DNA of 64,000 nucleotides from Syntrophorhabdaceae bacterium (GTDB lineage: Bacteria > Desulfobacterota > Syntrophorhabdia > Syntrophorhabdales > Syntrophorhabdaceae). The notes under the pieces are model-generated. The model saw nothing but the letters and a program-made list of their open reading frames with translations. It ran no database searches and was not told the origin of the DNA. The number at the start of each line of letters is the position of its first letter. Position 1 is the first letter of the stretch. The stretch spans positions 1,280,001 to 1,344,000 of the forward strand of contig CAXXUO010000001.1 in NCBI GenBank assembly GCA_963666485.2. Reading direction: 5' to 3'. Made by a program: the position numbers and the translations under genes. Shown here one piece after another: positions 9,994 to 19,555 of the stretch.

Positions 9994-10285
9994 TCTCTCG
10001 CCCGCTTCGCTCGAGCTCACAGAGGTCACAGAGAACTGCGAAGGGGAAAGACTTTGCCGGCTGGTCGCGGAGCCGACCACGACCAGCCGGCACTTTCGTC
10101 GGCTTCGCCGAAGAAAAGAAAAAAAACAATACAAGGAATATTAACAGTCCAAGTGATCCTCCTGCCGAAGGCAGGATCGAAGATGCCGCGGGAGGCTGGT
10201 CGGCTCCGGGCTCCCGCGGCCTCCGCCTTTCTCCGCGAACTCCGTGAACTTTAGAGAGGAGCTTTAGCGACGAACGGGCGAGAGA
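9994..10285. repeat. Highly structured intergenic element (MITE-like or structured RNA)
   Basis: 11-bp terminal inverted repeat tctctcgcccg/cgggcgagaga; internal 13-bp and 10-bp perfect hairpins with complementary loops. Confidence 0.65.
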
Positions 10286-10293
10286 ATGTTCTT

Positions 10294-11277
10294 TTATCCT
10301 TCGAACCTGGCGACCATGCCGAGGTCGCGTATCATTTCGAGGTCGGCTGCCGTGTCTCGTCCGAGGGTTGTGAGGTAGTTGCCGGTCAGCAATGAATTGC
10401 ATCCGGCGACCATGGCGAGGGGGAGGAGCTGCCGCAGGTTTTTTTCCTTGCCCCCGCAAAGTTTAATGTCCTTGTCGGGGAGAATGAAGCGGTACAGTGC
10501 CACGGTCAGGAGAATTTCAATCGGTGTGAGGGAGGGTTCTTTTTCAAGCGGGGTGCCGGGGATGGCGTTCAGGATGTTGATGGGAACGGAATCGACATTG
10601 AGCTCCCGCAAGGTCATTGCCATCTCGATACGGTGCTCCATTTTTTCTCCGAGCCCTATTATTCCGCCGGAGCATACGGTGAGCCCGGCTTCCCGGGCTA
10701 TCCGCACTGTGTCGGTATCTTCCTTGTATTCATGGGTCGAGCAGATGTTGTCGAAAAAGCTGCGGGACGTCTCCAGGTTGTGATGGTACCGGTAGAGACC
10801 TGCCGATTTGAGGTTGCGGGCCGTTGTCTCATCGAGCATCCCGAGGGAGCCGCAGGGTTTTATTCCCATTTCATTCAGGAGTTCTATCGCACGGTAAATG
10901 GTCTTCCACTCGTCATCCGTTTCGATCCGCGTGCCGCTCGTGACGATGCTGAACATGTGCACACCGCTGTCAAGGGCCGCGCGGCCCCTTTCAGCGATCT
11001 CCTGCGCGGACACGAGAGGGTATACGGGCGCATCGGTGTGATAGTGGGCCGACTGTGCGCAAAAACGGCAGTTTTCGGGACACACTCCCGATTTTGCGTT
11101 GATGATGCCGCAGAGGTTCACGGAGTTTCCCTTGAAATGTTCCCGTATCTTCGACGCCCTGGCCAGAAGTCCGAAAACATCTTTCCGTCCTTCCGTGTAC
11201 AGGTCGATTGCGTCCTTTACCGTGATCGATCGCGAAGCGATCGCCTGGTCGGCAAGCGTGTCAAAAAGAGATGCCAT
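10294..11277 (-). CDS. bioB: Biotin synthase
   Basis: Radical SAM motif CPENCRFCAQS; YHHNLETS; CSGGIIGLGE; TGNYLTT. Confidence 0.95.
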   Translation of the reverse strand: MASLFDTLADQAIASRSITVKDAIDLYTEGRKDVFGLLARASKIREHFKGNSVNLCGIINAKSGVCPENCRFCAQSAHYHTDAPVYPLVSAQEIAERGRAALDSGVHMFSIVTSGTRIETDDEWKTIYRAIELLNEMGIKPCGSLGMLDETTARNLKSAGLYRYHHNLETSRSFFDNICSTHEYKEDTDTVRIAREAGLTVCSGGIIGLGEKMEHRIEMAMTLRELNVDSVPINILNAIPGTPLEKEPSLTPIEILLTVALYRFILPDKDIKLCGGKEKNLRQLLPLAMVAGCNSLLTGNYLTTLGRDTAADLEMIRDLGMVARFEG

Positions 11278-11328
11278 AATACCATTCCTCCAACGTAGAA
11301 TAAGCAGATGTAATGTAAGGCCGGAAGT

Positions 11329-11357
11329 AGTTAACCAGTCTGGATTTTAGATTAACA
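11329..11357. promoter_or_regulatory. Candidate BirA operator upstream of bioB
   Basis: AGTTAAC-N15-ATTAACA; one mismatch per arm from TGTTAAC-N15-GTTAACA. Confidence 0.45.
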
Positions 11358-12659
11358 CGATGGGGTATTTTTTTCCAGTTCCATCTCGTCTTTCCACGCC
11401 CGGATATCCCCAAGGCATCGCTCGACAGAAATTTCCTTCGTCTTCTTGGAATAGCCTTCGAAAAGGCCGAAGTTGATATTCATCGGCTGGAAATTCTTGT
11501 TTTCGGTGGTCAGGTACCTGATAAGGGCGCCCGAACTCGTGGTGGGGGGAGGAGGACGAAAGTCCCGGCCGTGCGCGAAAAGAAAAGCCGAGATCCCCGC
11601 CACAAGCCCCATCAGTGTCGATTCCATGTACCCTTCGACACCGGTGATCTGGCCGGCGAGAAATATTCTTTTATCTTCCTTGAGCTGAAGTCTTTCGTTG
11701 AGGCACAGCGGCGCATTGACGTAAGTGTTCCTGTGGATGCTCCCGTACCTCAGGAAAACGGCATTTTTCAGGGCCGGTACCATCCTGAAGACGCGGTCCT
11801 GTTCGGGGTATTTCATCCTGGTCTGGAAGCCGACGAGATTGAGCATATTTCCCGATGCGTTCTCTTTCCTGAGCTGTACGACGGCGTACGGGCGCCTGCC
11901 GTCGCGCGGATCGACGAGTCCCACCGGTTTCATAGGCCCGAATGCAAGGGTTTTCTTCCCCCTTTCGGCGAGGACCTCCACGGGGAGGCACCCCTCGAAA
12001 TAGGCGGTATTCTCGAAGTCCTTGAGGTGCATCCTTTCCGCGTGAACGAGGGCCTCGTGAAACCTGTCATATTCATCGTACGAGAGCGGGCAATTGAGGT
12101 AATCCCCCGTCTCATCCTTGCTCCAGCGGGACGCGTAAAAGGAGTGTTCCCGGTCTACGCTTTCCGCGTCGACGATCGGCGAGATAGCATCATAGAAAAA
12201 AAGATTTCCGGAATGGGTCAACTCTTTGATTGCTTCGGCGAGAGGGCCGCTCGTGAGCGGTCCCGATGCGATGATAACAACACCATCGGGGATGCGTGTC
12301 ACTTCCCGACGAACGATGCGGATCCGCGGGTTATTTTCTGTTCTCTGTGTCAGTTCGGCGGCAAACCGTTCCCGGTCCACGACAAGGGCCTTACCCCCGG
12401 GTATCGCCGTCTTCCCGGCCGCCTCCATTACGACCGAACCGAGAATGCGCAGCTCCTCCTTGAGGAGCCCGTGGGCGTTCGCGAGGTCCATTGACTTCAG
12501 GGAATTGCTGCAGACGAGCTCGCCGAAAAGCCCGCTCCTGTGTGCGGGCGTCGTGACGGCGGGCCGCATCTCGTAGAGGACCGCATCGGCCCCCAACCGG
12601 GTGACTTGATGGGCTGCCTCAACCCCGGCAAGCCCGCCCCCGATTACCGCGATTTCCAT
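11352..12659 (-). CDS. trmFO: Folate/FAD-dependent tRNA m5U54 methyltransferase
   Basis: GGGLAG, ELVCSNS, FEGCLP, FGPMKPVG, AGQITGVEGY; follows topA. Confidence 0.95.
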   Translation of the reverse strand: MEIAVIGGGLAGVEAAHQVTRLGADAVLYEMRPAVTTPAHRSGLFGELVCSNSLKSMDLANAHGLLKEELRILGSVVMEAAGKTAIPGGKALVVDRERFAAELTQRTENNPRIRIVRREVTRIPDGVVIIASGPLTSGPLAEAIKELTHSGNLFFYDAISPIVDAESVDREHSFYASRWSKDETGDYLNCPLSYDEYDRFHEALVHAERMHLKDFENTAYFEGCLPVEVLAERGKKTLAFGPMKPVGLVDPRDGRRPYAVVQLRKENASGNMLNLVGFQTRMKYPEQDRVFRMVPALKNAVFLRYGSIHRNTYVNAPLCLNERLQLKEDKRIFLAGQITGVEGYMESTLMGLVAGISAFLFAHGRDFRPPPPTTSSGALIRYLTTENKNFQPMNINFGLFEGYSKKTKEISVERCLGDIRAWKDEMELEKNTPSC

Positions 12660-14875
12660 CCGCAGTCCTTACGAAGGCAGTACAGGTTCTTCCGGAACGA
12701 GAAAAGGGTGGGTGCGCCGCATGTGGGGCATTCCCCCTCCGCCGGCTCCTTGTTTGTTGCGAATGAACATTTGGGATATTCCGAACAGCTGATGAACTTC
12801 TTCTTCTTTTTCGACGTTTTCTCGACGAGCTTGCCCGTGCATCCCTCCATCGGGCACGCGAATCCCAGTGAAAAGGCCTGGGTATGCTTGCATTCCGGGT
12901 AATTGCTGCAGGCGAGGAACCGCCCGAACCGGCCTTTCTTCTCGATGAGCTTCCCGCCGCACGCCGGGCAGACGCCATGTGAAACGCTTTCGATGATCGT
13001 TATTCTTCCGTCAGGCTCAGTCCTGGCATTTTTCTTGTTCTTGCATTCCGGCTTGCCTGAGCACACGAGGTATTCACCGCTCTTGCCCCATCTCAGGAGC
13101 ATTGTCTTGCCGCACGTGTCGCAGATGATATCGGTCTCTTTCTCCTCTTTCTTGAGGCTCTTCATCCGCTGCTGCGCGCTTTGGAGCTCTCCCTCGAAAG
13201 ACGAATTGAATTTCTCGAGCGATCGTACCCAGTCCTTTTTGCCATCCTCTATCTCGTCGAGCCTCACTTCCATCTTTGCCGTGAAACCGACGTCGAGGAC
13301 GGTCGGGAAGAATTCGGAAAGAAGCCTGTTCACCGTTCTGCCGAGCAGCGTGGGCACGAGCCGGCCTTTTTCCCTGGTCACGTAATCGCGTTCCTGCACC
13401 GTGCTGACGATCGTGGCGTATGTCGACGGCCTTCCGATACCCTTGCTTTCCAGCGTCCTGATAAGCGACGCCTCGGAATAACGGGGCGGGGGGTTCGTGA
13501 ATCGCTGCTCCATCAGGGTGTCTTTGTGGGTAAGTGCCTGCCCTTTCCTGACATCGGGAAGGGTTGCCACCGCTTCCTCGTCCTCACCGATCTCTTCGTA
13601 TATCTTCGTGAACCCGTCGAATAGCACGGTATTGCCCCTCGCGACAAAGATGTAGTCGCCCACCGCCACGTCAACTGTCTTTGTTTCGATTTTTTTCTGG
13701 GTCATCTGCGACGACACGAAACGCTTCCAGATGAGGTCGTACAGGGCGAAGAGCTCTTTGTCGAGATAGCGCTTCACCTTATCGGGTGTATAGAAAACGG
13801 AGGTCGGGCGAATCGCTTCGTGTGCATCCTGTGCGGATTTTCTGTTCCTGAAAAAGTTCGGTTTTTCCGGAAGGTAGTTCTCGGGGTAGCCATTCTTTAT
13901 ATATTGCCGGGCCTCGCCGACCGCCTCCATGGACACGCGGACAGAGTCGGTCCTCATATAGGTGATGAGGCCTACGGAGCCATCATCGCCGATATCGACG
14001 CCCTCATAGAGCCTCTGTGCGAGCATCATCGTGCGCTTCGGCGACATGCGCAGCATCCTCGATGCTTCCTGCTGAAGCCGGCTCGTGATGAATGCGGGCT
14101 GCGGGGAGATGCTCTTTTCCTTGTGTTCTATTTTGGCGACCGTGAATTCCTTGCCGGTTATGTATCTTTTTACTTCCTCGGCTTCGGCCTGCGATGTTAT
14201 TTTCAGTTTTTCACCAGTCTTGCGGCCGCTGTTTTCACCGGCCCTGCGGTCGAGCGTCGCTCTGAATGTCTCGCCGGACGGCAGTTCCAGGAGGGCGTCC
14301 ACGACCCAGTATTCTTCTTTTACGAAATTCTCGATCTCTGTTTCCCGGTCGCATACGAGGCGAAGTGCGACCGATTGTACCCGCCCCGCCGACAATCCGT
14401 AGCTTACCCTCTCCCACAGGAGGGGGCTTATCTTGTACCCGACGAGACGGTCGAGAATGCGCCGCGCTTTTTGCGCGTTGTATTTCGCTATGTCCAGTTT
14501 CAGGGGCGTCTTCATTGCGTCGAGGACGCCCTTCTTTGTTATCTCGTGGAAGAGGACCCGCTCGATCCGGTCCTGTTTGCCGATAACCTCGGCCACGTGA
14601 AAGGCGATCGCCTCTCCTTCGCGGTCGGGGTCCGACCCTATCAGGATCCTTTCCGCATCCTTGCCCGCCTTCTTTATTTCATCGACGACCTTCGATTTTC
14701 CCTTCAGGATATGAAAGTGGGGCTTGAACCCTTCGTCCACGTCCACACCCAGCTTGCTTTTCGGAAGGTCCTTGATATGGCCGTATGTCGCCTTTATAAC
14801 GAAATCTTTCCCCAGGTACTTTGAAAGGGTCTTCATTTTCGTCGGGGACTCGACCACAAGCAACGATTTTCCCAT
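12644..14875 (-). CDS. topA: DNA topoisomerase I
   Basis: VESPTK, DPDREGE, SAGRVQS, ITYMRTD; C-terminal zinc ribbons. Confidence 0.97.
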   Translation of the reverse strand: MGKSLLVVESPTKMKTLSKYLGKDFVIKATYGHIKDLPKSKLGVDVDEGFKPHFHILKGKSKVVDEIKKAGKDAERILIGSDPDREGEAIAFHVAEVIGKQDRIERVLFHEITKKGVLDAMKTPLKLDIAKYNAQKARRILDRLVGYKISPLLWERVSYGLSAGRVQSVALRLVCDRETEIENFVKEEYWVVDALLELPSGETFRATLDRRAGENSGRKTGEKLKITSQAEAEEVKRYITGKEFTVAKIEHKEKSISPQPAFITSRLQQEASRMLRMSPKRTMMLAQRLYEGVDIGDDGSVGLITYMRTDSVRVSMEAVGEARQYIKNGYPENYLPEKPNFFRNRKSAQDAHEAIRPTSVFYTPDKVKRYLDKELFALYDLIWKRFVSSQMTQKKIETKTVDVAVGDYIFVARGNTVLFDGFTKIYEEIGEDEEAVATLPDVRKGQALTHKDTLMEQRFTNPPPRYSEASLIRTLESKGIGRPSTYATIVSTVQERDYVTREKGRLVPTLLGRTVNRLLSEFFPTVLDVGFTAKMEVRLDEIEDGKKDWVRSLEKFNSSFEGELQSAQQRMKSLKKEEKETDIICDTCGKTMLLRWGKSGEYLVCSGKPECKNKKNARTEPDGRITIIESVSHGVCPACGGKLIEKKGRFGRFLACSNYPECKHTQAFSLGFACPMEGCTGKLVEKTSKKKKKFISCSEYPKCSFATNKEPAEGECPTCGAPTLFSFRKNLYCLRKDCGWKSR

Positions 14876-14922
14876 GAACTCTCCTCTTTTATCTCAAATC
14901 CCGGCAATGCCGGGATATGTTT

Positions 14923-15975
14923 CTATCGGCGCACGAAGAAGCCGCCCGGCGCTTCCGCTACGATATCCCTCATCACGAGGCGCGTCAGTACTGCCATAAC
15001 ATCCTTCGTATCCATACCGCTTCTTTCTATTACCTCATCTGCATGTATCTTTTCAAATCCTATCAGAGAATATACTTTGTTTTCGCCGCTGTCCAGTTCA
15101 ACCGGTTTTTGCGCAACCGGCCTGACATGCGGAAAACATGCGGCGAGGACGTCCTCGACGGAGTCGACAAGGCGGGCCCCGTCCTTGATAAGCCTGTTGG
15201 AGCCGGTATGCTCGGTCTTGAGCACGCTTCCGGGCATTGCCATCACTTCCCTGCCGTATTCAAGGGCAAGCCGGGCGGTGATGAGAGAGCCGCTCCGTGC
15301 CGTCGCCTCCACAACGAGGACCCCGCGGGACATACCCGCTATGATGCGGTTGCGCTCGGGAAAATGATGCGGCAGCGGTGGTTCACCGGGTGCGTACTCG
15401 GTGATTATAAGACCTTCCCGCCCGATCTTTTCGAAGAGGTCCCTGTTCTCGGCCGGGTAGCAGGTGTCTATCCCGCACCCGAGGACGGCAACGGTCTTTC
15501 CGTCCCCCTCAAGCGCCCGGGAGTGCGCCGCCGCATCGATGCCTCGCGCAAGGCCGCTGACAACGGTGATGCCGGCGGACGACAACGTGTCGCCTATCTT
15601 TCCGGAAATAGCCATACCTTCGGCCGATGCCCTGCGGGAGCCGACTATGGCGATAGCATCCTGCCCGGGCTTGAAGGCCCCCCTGGCATACAGCACTATC
15701 GGGGCATCCGGGATGTGTTTCAAAAGCGGCGGATAATCGTCATCCTTCAGCGTGATCACGCGGGCGCCGATCCTGTCGAGGTCCTCGAGGTCCCCGTCAA
15801 TGCCCTTCCAGTCGCCAAACCGGGCGGATATCCCGGCAGGCGCGGGTCTTCCTTCGCCGCGGCCCGGATCGAAGATACCGGTAATATCGTCGTATGCGTC
15901 GCAGATCAGTCGTTTTGCGAGGCGGTTTAAGCCCTTGACCCTTGAAAGGGCCATGAATGCACGTATCTCATCCAT
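14923..15975 (-). CDS. dprA: DNA-processing protein DprA
   Basis: AIVGSR, VSGLARGID, FPERNRII, SGSLITA; precedes topA. Confidence 0.95.
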   Translation of the reverse strand: MDEIRAFMALSRVKGLNRLAKRLICDAYDDITGIFDPGRGEGRPAPAGISARFGDWKGIDGDLEDLDRIGARVITLKDDDYPPLLKHIPDAPIVLYARGAFKPGQDAIAIVGSRRASAEGMAISGKIGDTLSSAGITVVSGLARGIDAAAHSRALEGDGKTVAVLGCGIDTCYPAENRDLFEKIGREGLIITEYAPGEPPLPHHFPERNRIIAGMSRGVLVVEATARSGSLITARLALEYGREVMAMPGSVLKTEHTGSNRLIKDGARLVDSVEDVLAACFPHVRPVAQKPVELDSGENKVYSLIGFEKIHADEVIERSGMDTKDVMAVLTRLVMRDIVAEAPGGFFVRR

Positions 15976-16039
15976 GTGATCGTACTTATTTTCTCCATCC
16001 GGGTGACCTTGCCGGGTGCCACGGGTTCGGGTATACGTA

Positions 16040-16669
16040 TCAGCCCGGGTCTTTCTTTAAAAGCTCGTCATAATAGAAGGTGAACAAATCGTACACCTCG
16101 TGCGCCGTGAGAGCCCGCGAAAGACTGTCCCGCCACCAGCGGTCGCTTTTGAAATAACTGACTTTGAGGGGCTTTATCATGTACAGGGTCCCGCCCGTGT
16201 CCCGGGAATATATCAGGTGATATCTCCGGGCAGCGTATTCCGGGACGATGACAATGACCTTCTTAAGGCCCGCAGCCTTAAGCTTTTTCTTGAGTTCGGA
16301 TGGCCGCGCCGCACCGCGGTTGCCCGGGTCCACCGTTTTGATGATGCTCTCTTTCACTCCCCGGGCCTGTGCCATCTGATGTAAGATGGCCCCGATGTCC
16401 TTTCCGAGGAGCTTGTCGTTTTCGACGAATATGGCCGCCCCATTCCCGGCAAAGTATTCACGGAATGCATCGCCGTAGAGTTCCCCGTTCTTGTCCTCAT
16501 GGAATCGCGGGACGAAGATCGCGTCAGCGGCCACGATCGCGTCATCGTACCGCAGGAATTTCGCAACGAATTTGAGGCTGACAGGGTGGAATCCGAGGCC
16601 CACTGCGACCATTATGACAACAAGGATAGCGACGAGGCATCCGCAGCCGGCCTTCCCTTTATCGTTCAT
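16040..16669 (-). CDS. Hypothetical membrane-anchored protein, distantly YdcF/DUF218-like
   Basis: N-terminal TM helix; ADAIFV and WW..HE pattern; lies within the operon. Confidence 0.55.
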   Translation of the reverse strand: MNDKGKAGCGCLVAILVVIMVAVGLGFHPVSLKFVAKFLRYDDAIVAADAIFVPRFHEDKNGELYGDAFREYFAGNGAAIFVENDKLLGKDIGAILHQMAQARGVKESIIKTVDPGNRGAARPSELKKKLKAAGLKKVIVIVPEYAARRYHLIYSRDTGGTLYMIKPLKVSYFKSDRWWRDSLSRALTAHEVYDLFTFYYDELLKKDPG

Positions 16670-16720
16670 ATCGTTCTTGCCTTTCTATAGTAGCAGGGCC
16701 GGTCAGCGATCATCCAATGT

Positions 16721-17458
16721 TCACGGCCGGGCCGATTCGTAGAGTATGACCGAAAGGACCACGAGCGGCGTCGTCTCGGCGCGGAGAATATTCTCCCCGA
16801 GCGTGCATGCGGTGAAGCCGTTTTCCTTGAGAAACGTGATCTCTTCTTCCTCGATGCCGCCCTCGGGCCCTATGACCACGCATGTCACATCCCCCGTTTT
16901 CGTGCCGAACACATCCTTCAGTGTCGTATCCCTCTCTTTTTCGTAAAGGACGACGCGTCTCGCCGCATCCCCGATAAGGTCGGCAATGCCGCGCAGAGGG
17001 GTCGGATCGGCGATCTCGGGGATAGTGAACCTCCCCGACTGGCGTGAGGCCTCGATCGAGATCCGCTTCCACCTGTCGATCTTCTCTCCCCCGTTCTCGC
17101 TGAACTTTATAAGGGTCCTTCTGAATATCACGGGAACTATCTTTTCAGCACCGAGCTCGGTTGCCTTTTCGATAAGCCAGTCCATCCTCGGTCCCTTGAT
17201 CGGGCTCACACAGAGGATGACCCGGGACCGCTTTTCCTGCGGATTATGCACGACGTCAAGGATCTGGAGGAAAAGCTCCTTGCCCTTTATGCTCTGGATG
17301 GTCGATCGATAGAGGTATCCCTTTCCGTCTATGATATCGATCCTGTCGCCCGGACCTTTTCTGAGCACCCCGGTAACATATTTGTGCACGGGGCCCGTGA
17401 CGAGGACCATCCCGTTCTTTATTTTCAATTTATCGACAAAAACGCGTCGTATTTCCAT
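16721..17458 (-). CDS. rsmE: 16S rRNA m3U1498 methyltransferase
   Basis: EKATELG, EASRQSGR, IGPEGG, LGENILRAETT. Confidence 0.95.
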   Translation of the reverse strand: MEIRRVFVDKLKIKNGMVLVTGPVHKYVTGVLRKGPGDRIDIIDGKGYLYRSTIQSIKGKELFLQILDVVHNPQEKRSRVILCVSPIKGPRMDWLIEKATELGAEKIVPVIFRRTLIKFSENGGEKIDRWKRISIEASRQSGRFTIPEIADPTPLRGIADLIGDAARRVVLYEKERDTTLKDVFGTKTGDVTCVVIGPEGGIEEEEITFLKENGFTACTLGENILRAETTPLVVLSVILYESARP

Positions 17459-17479
17459 CCGGTTTCAGCGCTCTTCTTT

Positions 17480-18433
17480 TTAGTTTATTTTGAAGAATTT
17501 CGCCTCGTACAGGCGATGGTATTCACTCCAGCGGTCATCGGCCATATTGTCGCGCATGTGTTCCTTGACGCCCATCACTTTCGAATCGAGGTTGTCGAGG
17601 TGATGAACGATAAGGGCCTCGGGGAACATGGGCTTTTTGGGCGAGCCCCATTCTTCAAGCCCGTGATGGCTTATAATAATATGCGTGAGGATATCGGTCA
17701 ATTCCTGCGGGAACCCGTCGACGCGCCCGATCAGGTCTTCGAGGAGCATCACGCCGAGCGTTATATGACCGAGAAGGCGGCCGCGGTCGGTAAATCTGAA
17801 GCCCCGTGTTATTTCGAGTTCCTGTGTCTTTCCTATGTCATGAAAGATCGACCCGGCCGTGATGATATCACGGTCACCCCCGATGAGCGGTGCGATGGCC
17901 ATGCCCATCTTCGCACACGCGAGGCAATGTTCGAGAAGTCCCCCTACGTAGACATGATGCACCCCGGTCGACGCCGGATAGGTCAGGAATTTAGCCTTCA
18001 GTTGCACGTCGTTATTAAAGACGTCGAAAAGTTTTTTCAGGTGTTCGTTCCGGATGCCCGAAACGATCTCATCGTATTCTTTTTCCAGGACGGTCCTCGG
18101 CTTGTCGCCGCAGGGGTAGAAGTGCTCCATCTCGCACACGGCGAATTCGTTATCGAGCCTTTTGATATAAGTGATGTGAAGCTGTATCTTCCCCTGGTAT
18201 TCTTCCGTCTTGGATTGAACCGAGACTATGTCGCCCTTCTCAAAAAGGCGTTCGAAGTCACTGACATTCTTCCAAACCCGGCCTTCGATGGACCCGGTGG
18301 AGTCTTTGAGACCTATCATCATGTACCGCGAGCCGTTCCTGGCCGTGTATGTGCCCTTTTTTGTAACGATAAAAAGGTCATTCACCTCGTCCCCACCGCG
18401 GGTTATGTCCTGCACAAACCTTGTTTTACTCAC
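17480..18433 (-). CDS. YhaM-family 3'-5' exoribonuclease (OB fold + HD domain)
   Basis: HHVYVGGLLEH, HDIGK, SHHG..EWGSP motifs. Confidence 0.9.
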   Translation of the reverse strand: MSKTRFVQDITRGGDEVNDLFIVTKKGTYTARNGSRYMMIGLKDSTGSIEGRVWKNVSDFERLFEKGDIVSVQSKTEEYQGKIQLHITYIKRLDNEFAVCEMEHFYPCGDKPRTVLEKEYDEIVSGIRNEHLKKLFDVFNNDVQLKAKFLTYPASTGVHHVYVGGLLEHCLACAKMGMAIAPLIGGDRDIITAGSIFHDIGKTQELEITRGFRFTDRGRLLGHITLGVMLLEDLIGRVDGFPQELTDILTHIIISHHGLEEWGSPKKPMFPEALIVHHLDNLDSKVMGVKEHMRDNMADDRWSEYHRLYEAKFFKIN

Positions 18434-19398
18434 GATCTCCCCCCGAAGTGATCGAAACCTGTCCTGCCCGGCATATCGATTTCTTTCCCTTTGCTAAAGA
18501 TCCGGACCCCTTTGCCGTTTGCGACCCGGCCAATGACCGTTATACCCTCGTTCTTCCCCGACAACGCGGAAACCACGGGCAGTTTTTCCTCCGGGAACGT
18601 AAAAAGAAGCTGGTAATCCTCGCCGCCCGTGAGGGCGAGATGTTCGAGGTTGTTCCGGAGCAGATAACGGGGCATCGGGACCCTGTCGAGGTCTATCCGC
18701 GCCTGCTTTTTACTTTCAGCCATCATCCTTGCGAGGTCCATGAGAAGTCCGTCGCTTATATCCATCATCGCATCAGTTATATCATTTTTGACAAGGTCCT
18801 TCCACACGGGGTACGGAGGCCTCGGGCTCAAGAAACGGTCGACACACGCCTTATTGCCTTTCCCGCCGGCCTTGCCCTGCAGTATGGCAAGGCCCATCGC
18901 GGACTGCCCGAGACTGCCGGTCACGGCGATGAGATCGCCCGGGCGGGATTTGTCCCTGCCAAAATATTTCCCGCCGGCAAGCCTTCCCACGACCGATATA
19001 TCGATAAAAAGATCCGACCGCGTGGCCACTGTGTCGCCGCCGAGAAGCGTCATGCCGAACTCGCCCGCCGCCCGCGCCATTCCCCGGTAAAGACGGGACA
19101 TGTCTTTTGACGATACTCCCGGGGAAATGCCCGTTGTCACAAGATAAAACTCCGGCCGGGCGCCCATGGCGAGAACGTCCGATATGTTCGAATACAGCGC
19201 CTTCTTGCCGACAAAGTAGGGGTCCATGAACGAAAATTCAAAATGGATATGTTCAACCATCGCATCCTGTACAAAGACATATTGACCCTTATCGAAGTCG
19301 ACAACAGCCCCGTCGTCGCCAATCCCCCTCACAACCCTATTACTTTTCCGCCCGAATTTCCGGACCACCGACAAAAATTTATTTTCCGATATCTCCAT
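18430..19398 (-). CDS. thiL: Thiamine-monophosphate kinase
   Basis: GIGDDGA, NISDVLAMG, GGDT, DISDGL, GGEDY. Confidence 0.95.
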   Translation of the reverse strand: MEISENKFLSVVRKFGRKSNRVVRGIGDDGAVVDFDKGQYVFVQDAMVEHIHFEFSFMDPYFVGKKALYSNISDVLAMGARPEFYLVTTGISPGVSSKDMSRLYRGMARAAGEFGMTLLGGDTVATRSDLFIDISVVGRLAGGKYFGRDKSRPGDLIAVTGSLGQSAMGLAILQGKAGGKGNKACVDRFLSPRPPYPVWKDLVKNDITDAMMDISDGLLMDLARMMAESKKQARIDLDRVPMPRYLLRNNLEHLALTGGEDYQLLFTFPEEKLPVVSALSGKNEGITVIGRVANGKGVRIFSKGKEIDMPGRTGFDHFGGRS

Positions 19399-19441
19399 AG
19401 TTAGGACAGAAATATTAACTTATGGGAACAAACAAGGCAAT

Positions 19442-19555
19442 AGTTCGGGTTCAAGGTTCAAAGTTCAAGGTTATGCAGGCTAAGAATTTTTCATATTCTC
19501 CGGATGAGTTTGTCGTGTTTGTAACCTTGAACCTTGAACCTTGAACCTTGAACTA
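19442..19555. repeat. Inverted heptamer arrays (GGTTCAA/TTGAACC)
   Basis: gttcaag-type units facing ccttgaa x4, between rarA and thiL. Confidence 0.8.
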
